From an uncultured virus (IMG/VR IMGVR_UViG_3300038825_001395) (taxonomy: Duplodnaviria; Heunggongvirae; Uroviricota; Caudoviricetes), in IMG/VR virus record IMGVR_UViG_3300038825_001395: DNA of 64,000 bases. One strand, given 5' to 3'. Below the pieces are notes generated by a model that saw only the letters and a program-made list of their open reading frames with translations, did no database searches and had not been told where the DNA came from. Below are positions 39,250 through 50,300 of the stretch, one piece after another. Both the position numbers and the translations under genes were made by a program. The first letter of the stretch is position 1, and the number at the start of each line of letters is the position of its first letter.

Positions 39250-42200
39250 GTTTTATCTCCTTGATTTGTAATTTTAATTCATCAATTTGTTCTTGTTGGT
39301 CTTTTATACTTTCAACTAATAAACCAACCAATCTATCATGTCTAACTCCAAGATACCCATCACCTCTTTGTTTAACCAATTGTGGTAATACCTTTTGTAC
39401 ATCTTGTGCTATGATTCCACTATCCAATGAACCGGTTGGGTATGTGTTTTGCTTTTCATTCCATTGATATTCAACTCCGCGAAGTTGTTTTATTTTTTCA
39501 ATTGGTTCTTTAATTATTTTTATATCATCTTTTAATCTTTCATCCGATGTATAAAAAGCAATCACATCACCGGAACTTCTTAATTCACTTCCTGAAATTA
39601 CTCCAGCATAAACCGTAGCTCCACTATCTTGAGCCATATAAACTGCAGTTGTATCAGCGTTTCCAAGAGTTACCGAGTTATTGGCTACACCCGTAGCATC
39701 CTTACCGATTACTACTTGGTTACTAGCAGCTGCTGTACTGAAATTGGTGTTTGAACCTATCGCTATATTATTTGAACCGTTATTAAGATTTATACCAGCG
39801 TTATATCCAATACCAACATTTTCGGTTTCAGCTCCGTCAGCAGCACCTAAAGCATTTGCTCCAACTGCAACATTATAACCGCCTGTAAGTATTCCATCTA
39901 ATGCTTTGTAACCAACTGCTGTATTTGCAACAGTTCCACTTGTTCCTGTTTGAGCAACTAGAGCTTGATATCCAATCGCAGTATTATGATCTCCGTCATC
40001 TTCAACTTTTAAAGCTTCATAACCGACTGCTGTATTACCAATTCCTGATACATTAGCATTTAATGCAAAATATCCAACACCGACACTTCCGTAAGAACTT
40101 GCATGATTTGTTCTTCTTAACGAACCTTCTCCAACTGCAACCATACCCCAAGCACCAGCGGTCAAGTCTGATAAAGCATATGAACCGATAGCAACATTAT
40201 TGTCTCCATCGGAATGAACGGATTGTGATAGAGCACCGTATCCTATGGCGATATTATCATTGATGTTATTGTTGGCAGCTGATAACAATGCATAAGTACC
40301 GATTGCTATATTTCTATTGGAAAATGTTGAAGTTCCAAGATTTGTTAATGCTTGATACCCGATAGCAATATTATCATCACCGACAGTCAAAGCATCTAAT
40401 GCCTGGTAACCGATTGCTAAATTTCTTTCACCTGAAGTTAAAGCCTGTAGGGCTGAAAATCCGATAGCAATTGTACCATCAGCACCAGCAGTCATCACAC
40501 CACTACTACCTGCATTATATCCTACAATAACAGCGTTATCTACATCTGTACTTGAATAACCACTAAATGCACCTACAAATGTATTTTTTATTCCAGTTGT
40601 AAGTTCTTTTCCACTTTCTACTCCTACAGCAGTATTGTATGAGTTTCCATTAAATGTTAATTCTTCTAATGCAAGGTATCCAACTGCTGTATTGTTTTGA
40701 GCAGTTGCAGCTGAATTAAGAGCTTGGTATCCGATTGCCGTATTATTATCAGCTGTTGTAACTGCTGATAAAGCCTCATGCCCAACTGCTGTATTATTTA
40801 CAGCACCATTCATAGCACCATCTAATGTATAATGACCAATACCTACATTGTATTGAGAAACTGCAGTTACCCAATCTCCATTACCTGAATTTACTCCCAT
40901 AAAAATATTAAATTGTGAAGAGTCAGCAGTACCATCTTTTGCACCACCTAAAGCATCACTACCGATAGCGATATTATAACTTCCTTCCACCATATCGTCA
41001 CCGGTTGTTGTACCTAAAAATGTATTATGAGCACCGGTTGTTAAAGCTTTTCCAGAGTCTTTTCCGATTGCTACATTAGCAGCACCTGATGTTAATTCTT
41101 TTAAAGCAGCTGATCCAATGGCAATTGTACCAAGAGGAGCAGTACTTTCAATTAAATTACCAAGAGTATTACGACCAATTGCTATAACATCTTTTACATT
41201 ATGAGCTGATTTTAAAGCATAAGCACCAATAGCGACATTGTTGGAGCCAGAGGCATTTGCTTGAAGTGCCTGGTATCCAAGAGCCGTATTATCATCGGCT
41301 GCTGAACCACTAGCTTTTTGACCAGCGTTAGAACCGATATAAGTATTACGGACTCCTGTTAATACCGATTCACCTGCTAAGTTACCTATAAACGTATTGT
41401 AAGTACCGGTTGTTACAGCCTTTCCAGCTCTAAACCCAACTGCTGTATTTTGACCAGCTCCATCTGATGCATTTTGTGTGGTTAATGCCTCATACCCAAC
41501 AGCAGTATTATGATCTCCGTCATTTTCAGCAGTTAAAGCTTTGAAACCAATCGCCGTATTTCCAGCACCTGAAGTTATAGCTTTTGCAGCTCTTTGTCCC
41601 ACAGCAACTGTACCAGTAGCATCGGTTGTTAATGTTCCATTTAAAGCTTCATAACCTATAGCAACACAACTATCTACATTTGCAGTAGTAAAGTTTCCAC
41701 CCATAGCATAACTACCAATAGCAACATTATAACCAGCACCAGTTGTTGCTCTGTATAAGGCTTGAGTACCTACTATAACATTATGAGTTGCTCCTACTGC
41801 AGTTAAAGCAGTTCCAGCTTGTTGCCCAATTGCTACATTAGCAGCACCTGAAGTTAAAGCTTTAAGTGATTCGTAACCAATGGCTACAGTTCCACTTGTT
41901 CCTGTTTGAGCAGTTAGGGCTTGGTATCCAATCGCAGTATTATGATCTCCGTCATTTTCTTCTTGTAATGCCTCAAATCCGACTGCGGTATTACCGATTC
42001 CTGATGTTAAATTTCCTAATGAATAACTTCCTACTGCAACCGAACCATTTGCATCAGTTGTTACACTTCCTAATCTTACCGCACTATCTCCGATGGCAAC
42101 TATATGACTTGCATCTGAGATTCCATCACCTGCTAGACTTCCTAATAAAATATTTGAACCACCTGTGGTAACACCATCACCTGTACTTGATCCAATGTAC

Positions 42201-44344
42201 ACACCATAATTACCTGTGGTTAGAGACACTCCCGCACCTGGCCCGAAAACCGTATTGTTCGTTCCCCCAACTCCTTGATTATAATTAGCTAATCTTAATA
42301 CACCGAATGAACCAGTTGAGGTTGATGAACCACTTATTTTTAGATTAGCTCTTGGAAACTCTATTGCATTTAAAGATTGTATAAATTGATCATCACCACC
42401 AGCCCTCATTGTAATTGTATCAGCAGTAAATCTAAAGTATGTATCGGTATCATCATTGTGTCTGATGTATTCATTTATTCCAATATCACCAACAACATCC
42501 AGTTCGTATGTAGGAGTTGATGTGCCGATGCCAACCCTTCCACTTTCGATTGTCATAGCCGCATCATTATCAATCGTAAATACTATCTCCCTATTGGTAT
42601 CGGAAAAAGATATATGGTCGTCATTAGAATCTATACCAGCAGTCGTTCCTATTTTTCCACCATCCGAAATGTAAAGGTCATCACCAACAATTAAATCACC
42701 TTCATATGTTGTTGAGCCTGCTATTGTTTGATTACCAGCTACAACCAATGAACCAAACGAACCAGTTGAGGTTGCTGAACCACTTATGTTTCCATCAAGA
42801 ACTTCTAAATTTCCTGAAGTATCTATTGTTACTCTACTACCACCATTAGTGATTAAATCTAAACTATGGTTAGTAGATGTTCCTATTTTACCTTTAGAAG
42901 CTTGTGATTGCATAAATATACTAGTACCACTTGTTCTTGTAAGTTCAAATTCTGCATTACCAGACGATACTATGTCTAACTGGTGATCAGGACTATCTGT
43001 GCCGATGCCTAGATTTCCACCTGTATAATATAAGTTTCCATTATTGACAGCAATCTGTTCTGTTCCACCAAGTATTATATTACCAAAATAACCAGTTCCA
43101 CTTCCACTTATCACACCCTCAACAGTTAGAGGATGTGGTGGAGCAGTGTTTCCGATGCCTACACCAGTATTATTTATTCTAACTCTTTCACTGCCACCTG
43201 TCACTAAGGTTATTAAATCACTACTTGAATGACCGTATATTCTTGTATCAGCTGAAACACCACCAAATCTAACAAAACCCCCATCTGACACTACCAAATC
43301 ATCACCCGCTATCACATCAGAAGTTGCTCTAATATCACCAGCAACATCAAGTTTGTATGTAGGACTTGTTGTGCCGATGCCTACATTTCCTGAACCTGAA
43401 ATGGTCATCCTAATAGCAGTATTTGTTTGAAAATTCATAGTATTTGTACTATGAACATAATTTATATATCCTATATCATTATCATCTACATCACCAAAGT
43501 ATATAATACTATTTGCATTATTTGGTGATAGGAATTGCATAGAAGCATGACTATTGTTTTCTATAGTAAATTGTGAATTGGTGTTTGTTGTTACTGAACC
43601 AGCACTTGCCTTATGAATATGTAAATTAGTATCAGGACTTGTGGTGCCTATGCCTACTTGTCCTGAACCAGAAACATGCATTAGGTTAGATTCAGCAGCA
43701 CTTCTAAAAAAAGCTCCGTCTTTAGTATATCTAAAAAATCCAAATGTTGTAGTATTCCCTCTCCACTCTATTTGTGGAATTTGACTACCAGCAGTAGTAT
43801 CGGTATCCTCTATTATTACAAAAGCTTCTGATGAATCACTATTGGATGATACATGTAATTTAGCAGCAGGACCTGTGTTACCAATGCCTAATCTATATCC
43901 AATATGAACTGGCATATTGTTGTGATTACTATCTCCAGTAATATTTACTGCACCACCACTACCATTTGAAGATATGTAAAACTCACCATCTGTATGCAAT
44001 CTACGCATATAATATTGTGAAGTACCATTATATGCCCAAGATAGTTTATTAGCGCCATTATTATTATCATCTAAAATTAAAGCATCACCACTTGGACTTT
44101 TTATTGTAACCGAACCACTCAATACATGTGTATCATCAGCACTATCGCCAAATATAGTTGAACCACTAAGTGAAGATAAAGATAAAGAAGTAACTGAAGA
44201 ACTAACAATATAGTTTTCAGCAATAAGGTCACCTAATACTCTAAACTCACCATCTTGTATATTTACTATCTTGGATGTTCCACGATATAAACCATAATCT
44301 GCTGATGAACTAATTATACCATTTGCTATGTTGATTTTTGCCAT
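39236..44344 (-). CDS. Tail fibre with VGIGT repeats, beta-roll repeats and S74 chaperone
   Basis: VGIGTTSP repeats, NTAVG/NIAIG repeats, TSDERLKDDI..GIIAQDV..LLVESIKD. Confidence 0.85.
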   Translation of the reverse strand: MAKINIANGIISSSADYGLYRGTSKIVNIQDGEFRVLGDLIAENYIVSSSVTSLSLSSLSGSTIFGDSADDTHVLSGSVTIKSPSGDALILDDNNNGANKLSWAYNGTSQYYMRRLHTDGEFYISSNGSGGAVNITGDSNHNNMPVHIGYRLGIGNTGPAAKLHVSSNSDSSEAFVIIEDTDTTAGSQIPQIEWRGNTTTFGFFRYTKDGAFFRSAAESNLMHVSGSGQVGIGTTSPDTNLHIHKASAGSVTTNTNSQFTIENNSHASMQFLSPNNANSIIYFGDVDDNDIGYINYVHSTNTMNFQTNTAIRMTISGSGNVGIGTTSPTYKLDVAGDIRATSDVIAGDDLVVSDGGFVRFGGVSADTRIYGHSSSDLITLVTGGSERVRINNTGVGIGNTAPPHPLTVEGVISGSGTGYFGNIILGGTEQIAVNNGNLYYTGGNLGIGTDSPDHQLDIVSSGNAEFELTRTSGTSIFMQSQASKGKIGTSTNHSLDLITNGGSRVTIDTSGNLEVLDGNISGSATSTGSFGSLVVAGNQTIAGSTTYEGDLIVGDDLYISDGGKIGTTAGIDSNDDHISFSDTNREIVFTIDNDAAMTIESGRVGIGTSTPTYELDVVGDIGINEYIRHNDDTDTYFRFTADTITMRAGGDDQFIQSLNAIEFPRANLKISGSSTSTGSFGVLRLANYNQGVGGTNNTVFGPGAGVSLTTGNYGVYIGSSTGDGVTTGGSNILLGSLAGDGISDASHIVAIGDSAVRLGSVTTDANGSVAVGSYSLGNLTSGIGNTAVGFEALQEENDGDHNTAIGYQALTAQTGTSGTVAIGYESLKALTSGAANVAIGQQAGTALTAVGATHNVIVGTQALYRATTGAGYNVAIGSYAMGGNFTTANVDSCVAIGYEALNGTLTTDATGTVAVGQRAAKAITSGAGNTAIGFKALTAENDGDHNTAVGYEALTTQNASDGAGQNTAVGFRAGKAVTTGTYNTFIGNLAGESVLTGVRNTYIGSNAGQKASGSAADDNTALGYQALQANASGSNNVAIGAYALKSAHNVKDVIAIGRNTLGNLIESTAPLGTIAIGSAALKELTSGAANVAIGKDSGKALTTGAHNTFLGTTTGDDMVEGSYNIAIGSDALGGAKDGTADSSQFNIFMGVNSGNGDWVTAVSQYNVGIGHYTLDGAMNGAVNNTAVGHEALSAVTTADNNTAIGYQALNSAATAQNNTAVGYLALEELTFNGNSYNTAVGVESGKELTTGIKNTFVGAFSGYSSTDVDNAVIVGYNAGSSGVMTAGADGTIAIGFSALQALTSGERNLAIGYQALDALTVGDDNIAIGYQALTNLGTSTFSNRNIAIGTYALLSAANNNINDNIAIGYGALSQSVHSDGDNNVAIGSYALSDLTAGAWGMVAVGEGSLRRTNHASSYGSVGVGYFALNANVSGIGNTAVGYEALKVEDDGDHNTAIGYQALVAQTGTSGTVANTAVGYKALDGILTGGYNVAVGANALGAADGAETENVGIGYNAGINLNNGSNNIAIGSNTNFSTAAASNQVVIGKDATGVANNSVTLGNADTTAVYMAQDSGATVYAGVISGSELRSSGDVIAFYTSDERLKDDIKIIKEPIEKIKQLRGVEYQWNEKQNTYPTGSLDSGIIAQDVQKVLPQLVKQRGDGYLGVRHDRLVGLLVESIKDQQEQIDELKLQIKEIKHGSS

Positions 44345-44346
44345 AC

Positions 44347-47300
44347 TTACATTTTCCTAATCATACATTTTATTAAGTTGGAATCTCCATCGCAACTTTC
44401 TAATGCTTGAGCAATAACTTTTCCAAATAAATCCTTCTTCAATAAATATCCTCTTTTAACAGATTTACCATGTCCTATTTTATCCGAGGTTACAATGTAA
44501 TCTCCGACATTTACTTTACCGGTAACTAATACAGGTTCAGCACCTAATACTATTGGTTCATCTTTTCCTTTTTTAATTACACCCATAACAAGTTCATCTT
44601 CATTTTTATCACACGGAACTAAACCATCTTCTTCCCAACTTACAATTGTTCCCGTTGGGTTGTCTCCAATCTTTTCTGTTCTTAATCCTGTCTCAAATAC
44701 ACCACCAGTTGTTGTTTGAACAGCAAAAACATCTGAAAATCTTAAAGCTGCAGTTCCTAATGTTGCTTGATTATCAACACTTGGTCTTATTAAAGTTGTA
44801 CTACTACCACCCAACTGAATAAAGGTATTGTCAGGCACAACAATTTTATTTGAGTCTCTATTACCACCACCTCTAATCTCAACACTCTTAGTATCTTTAG
44901 CAGAAATATAAGTGTTCCCATCAGATATTCCAGATATTATCATATAATCACTAGAACCCATAAATCCTGTTTTCATTCCAACATAACCTGCGAATGTTGT
45001 ATCTCCAAGTTCAAGTAATGATCCTGATCCTGCTCTCAAAGCACCAAACGAACCGGTTGAGGTTGCTGAACCACTTACATTACCTGTAACATTTACATCA
45101 TCCTCTAATGAAATCACACCACCTTCATTAACAAGTCTTAAATTACTCCCATCATAGTAAATTTGAGCATCGGAATCGGCATCAGTAACTAATCCAGTTC
45201 CAAATACAAGTTTTGTATTGTCTTGAAATTTTAATTGATCTGCTGATTGATCCCAACTTATATATCTGCCAGCAGTATCTCCGTAAAATCTAACATCAAC
45301 TCCGGTTCCACTTACACCAAATGTTGTGTTTCCATCAATCTGAACAGTTCCGTCTATATCAACATTATCTAAATTTGTTGTTCCATTAACATCAATATCA
45401 CCTTCCAAGTCTATATCACCACCAAACGTCCCATTGGAATCAATTATCAACTCACCAAACGAACCAGTTGAGGTTGCTGAACCACTTATTGTAGAAGCAG
45501 TTAAAAACTCTACATTACCTGAAGCATCTATTGACATATGAGTTGCATCACCTTCAATAAAATTTATAGAACCTCCACTTTGTCCACTTCCGATGTTTAT
45601 ATTATTTGAGCTATCTAATCCAATTACTCTTCTTTTTGTTCCTCCAGAATCTTTTCCTTCATAGTGTTGATTGTTGTCAATTAAAATTGGATTACCTACA
45701 ACATGAAGTTTTCTTTCAGGAGCAGTTGTGCCGATGCCGACCTTATCACCATCAAATGACATTATAGTAGCATTAACACCTGACCTTGCATCATTTAACC
45801 GCCTAAAATTGAGTTTATCCGCTACAGAAACAATATCAAACGCTTGACTATTAGAAGTTGCACCAGTATCTTGTAGCACTACTCTTCCTTGAGTTGAGCC
45901 TATTAATAAGATAGCCGAATCTGCACCAGTAATGTGTAGTGGATACGCTGGACTTGTTGTGCCGATGCCTAATTTATCAGCAATAAAACCATGACCAAAC
46001 GAACCAGTTGAGGCCGCTGAACCACTAATGTTCCCACTCTGAACATTTAATCCAGTTCCATTTGGTATTACCACACCAGCAGAAGTATTTAAGTTTATAT
46101 TAGCACCATAGTTATTACCTAAAGTAATTACAGCACCAGTTGTTAATGAAAATAAAGTTCTTGAGTTAGTTATATCTTTAATTGTAAATACATCACCGTG
46201 TTCTGCTAATTCATATTTTTCACGAACACGAACCGAACCAAACGAACCGGTTGAAGTTGATGAACCACTTATTATAGTTCCAGCAAATTTATGAATTGTT
46301 CCAGCTGGCTTACCATATTGTATTGAGTTATAAGAATTATCATAACCAACAGTTAATTCATCAGTACCAGGTTGTCTTCCTATAGATATAGCACCAAATA
46401 AATGAACCCTACCACCAAAGTAACCATAACCACTAGCACTAACCGTTCCTTCTACATTTATACTATCATATATACTTCCACTAATTATACCATCAACTGT
46501 TAAATTATCATTACCAGGATCAGATGTCCCACCGACATGAATTCCACCTAATGTAACTATACTAGAATTACTATTTAGTGATTTAAAAAATCTAATTTCA
46601 TCACCTAAACCATATCGAAACATCTTTGTGCTTCCGGAATAAAAGTTCATACTATCAGTACTATTATCCCAAACAATTTTAGCAGCCTCTATTTCAGTTC
46701 TATGACCAAAGTATATACTACCACTATTATCGTTTTTACTTTGAATTCCAATGTGAGAACCACCATCTATATCAGAAACAAATAATCTTGTATCCGCAAT
46801 AGGATCAGCCATTACGGTTGAATAATTATCCTCAAAAATATGAATTGGTGCTTTTGGATTTACAGTTCCTACACCTAATTTATTATCAATATATCCAGCA
46901 CCAAACGAACCAGTTGAAACGGCTGAACCACTTATTGATGTTCCCACTAATCTTAAAAGTTCAGTTCCATTTGGTGTAAAAGATAAATAATTATTTGCAC
47001 TACTTCCTAATATTTTTGTATTTGAATCACCAAACTCAAGAGCAACACCACTCCCCAATGTTACATTTCCACTACCATCTATAACAAAATGAGCATCACT
47101 TGCTCCGCCACTCCCCTCACCAATAAAAAATTCTGTTCCATCAAATCCACTAACATCACTATCGGTTAATCCAGCATACCATTTAGCAGAACCAGCAGTT
47201 AGGTATTTTACTTGAGATAAATTACCAGTTGCACCTCTATCTAATTCAATATAAGCATGGTCACTTGAATCAACTTTTATAGCAGCACCAGCTCCGACAA

Positions 47301-50300
47301 TATCTAACATTCTAACTGGACTTGTTGTGCCTATGCCTAAATTATTAGCAATAAAGCCATGAGCAAACGAACCGGTTGAGGTTGATGAACCACTTACTTG
47401 TTGAATATTTTTTATACTATTGACGGCATCAAAATCCATATCACCACCAATAATAACACCCCCACCAGAATCATTTTGTAGTCGTAAAGAACCAACACTT
47501 GTGTTAATACTATCTTGGTCAATAGTCATATAGTTAGAACTAAAACCGGATCTTTCTATTCTTATACCATCACCAGGACCACCAACACCACCAACTATAT
47601 GAAGTGTTGTTGCTGGATTTGTTGTTCTAATGCCTACTCTATCAGCAATATGAGCTTCAGCAAACGAACCGGTTGAGGATGCTGAACCACTTATTCGTGT
47701 TGTTGAAGCTCCAAATTCTGCAGTATTACCGGTTAATGTAAAACCTGGTGCTGAACTAGCAGCAGCAGTGAATGCAAATCTGTTAAGAGCATGACTGTAT
47801 TGTATCATCCCAATATTGTTATCATCAGGATCACCAAAGAAAATACCACCTATTTTATTATTAGGTGTGAGTATTGAAATACCACCATCATTATCATTTT
47901 CAGCAACTATCTCATCTGCACTTGCATGAGCAACAACTGAACCAGCAGTTGCTGTATGGGAGTGAAGTGTTCCATCAGGAGTTGATGTGCCGATGCCTAC
48001 TCTTCCTGTATTTCCTCTTATTACAAATTCTGTACCAGAAGCTATGTCAGCATTTCTTGATATAGAAAAGTTTTCAGCACTTGTTACTCCAGCATACCAA
48101 TCTTCAGAAGCATTTTTAAAATGTACTGCTGCATTTGTTGTACCACTTCTTTCTATTCTAAAGTTATTTGCAGTTGATGATGAAAGATGTAATTGTACGG
48201 CAGGACTTGTTGTGCCGATGCCGACTTTTCCACCACTAGCAACTCTTAAAACTTCACCATCAATCTGATTTCCTAAAACAAAATGTTCTTCATTTACACT
48301 TCCACCAGCTATAAATCCTAAGTAACCATCACCACCATTTTTTTCTAATCTAAAATGTATTAAATTATGTGGTTGAGTTGCACCAGTATTTGTATTTTCT
48401 AGTCTTAGCATAGCTTTACCATAAGCAGCAGTATCGTACTCATCAGATTCATTTTTAGCTATTGTTATTGGATAGTTAGTAGATGGAGTTGTCGTGCCGA
48501 TGCCGACATTTCCCGATGATAATACAGATATATTGGTAGTTGCTGCTTCAGCTGATGGACCAAAAGAGGATATACCCCCTTCAGCGACAACGTATGCCGA
48601 AGTATCATTATCCGCTACCCGTAATTTTGCTCTGTTAGTTCTTGATTGTATCTTTAGTCCAACTTCACCACCACCCTCACTATTGAATATAGCAGTTTTA
48701 GTTAAACCAGATGTAGAAACACCTAATTGTAATCCAACTGTTGGATTTGTTGTGCCGATGCCTAAATTATCAGCAATATGAGCAGTACCGAACGAACCAG
48801 TTGATGTTGATGAACCACTTATTGTATTTCCAAGAAACGTATGAGTATCGTCAGCACTATCTCCAAATATAGTTGAACCACTTAATGACTGATATTCTAT
48901 AGAAGTGACTGATGAAGATACAATAAAGTTTTGAGCAGTTATGTTTCCTACTATATCTATGTTACCTGTTCCGGTAATATCATTACTATTAAGGTCTAAG
49001 TCACCGCCTAGTTGTGGTGTTGTATCTTCTACGACATTTGATATACCACTTCCACCACTTCCACCAGCAGCTAATGAGGCTGATGTAAAGTTTCCACCAC
49101 CAACCATGAGATGACCGAATGAGCCGGTTGAGGTTGATGAGCCACTTACATTATTAAATGTTCCTAAAAAATTATGAATTACATCTGCGTCTTTTCCATA
49201 TTTTATCTCTGTCCAATAACTAGCTCCACCTAATAGTAAAGTAGTAGAGTTTGACGCTATAATATTAGAAGTTGCAGTTCCATCGTTTAATTGTGTAGTT
49301 CCTCCTAAAATAGTAATACCATCAATTTCAAGATTACCTTGAACTTTATCAGCAACAACCAATGAACCAAACGAACCGGTTGATTGGGCTGAGCCACTTA
49401 CCAATCCACCACTACTTCCAAGTAAAGTTAGTGTGTCTTGACGAACAGAAAGAGTATTATTACTACCAGTTCCAAAATGAATACCGGTAGCTTTTGTAGG
49501 ATCATTTTCGTTATAAGGATTACCAGATGAACCTGAATTTATTAATATAGATACCCATTCGTAGATACCATCACCAATTCCATTTGGTCCAAAATCATTT
49601 CTTTTGTATAGTTGATCAAAAAATCCATTGTAACCAGTAGTTAATTGTTTACCTACAAAGTGATTATTAGCAGTAGTAGGACCTATTGAATCAAAAAATG
49701 GATTAAAATTAGCATTTGAACCAGTTGTATATACATTTAAATGTTCATTTATTTTAGAACCAGCGGTTGTTAGACTATAGATAGTATTAGCACGAAAATC
49801 TGCTCGGTCATCTCTAGCATCTATTTCAAAACCAGCATTTTGACTTGAGTCTCCAGCAAACATTGAAGCAGTAGCAAATATATCAGTATTGACCACCCTT
49901 TCTGAAAATAAAGATGTTTGACCTATTTCATATCCACCGATAGTACCATCAGTAGCAGTTATTGAACCACTTAAAGTCATAGTGTTATTAGCAGGATCTA
50001 AATGAAAAAGAGAAGAACTTATTTCTATGTTTCCACTACTAGCACTTATAAATTGACTTGTCTCACTTCCAATAAAAAATTTATTTGTTCGTATATCTAA
50101 TTCACTTGGATTGGTTCTAAATCTAAAAAAACTTTCACTATTAGCAACCAATTCTAAACCAACTCCACCCAAAGAATAATCATCTGTTATATCATCTTTA
50201 ACAGAACCGGAATACATTAATATACCAGGACCCAATCCAAGAGAAGCACTTGTAAATCCTTTGTAATCTACGGTTGATAGTTCTGCTGATTTCTTACCCG

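Larger units (their letters stand above)
33411..49400 (-). repeat. 18 dispersed direct repeats encoding (I/V)SGSxxSTGSF(G/A) in four fibre genes
   Basis: Plus-strand consensus ccaaacgaacc(a/g)gttgaggttg(c/a)tgaaccactta; counted 2+4+2+10 copies from the translations. Confidence 0.85.

Noticed and set aside
33411..49400. CRISPR array or DGR explanation for the fibre repeats
   Set aside because: Repeats are in-frame, degenerate and irregularly spaced over hundreds of nt; no reverse transcriptase or adenine-specific TR/VR pair was seen
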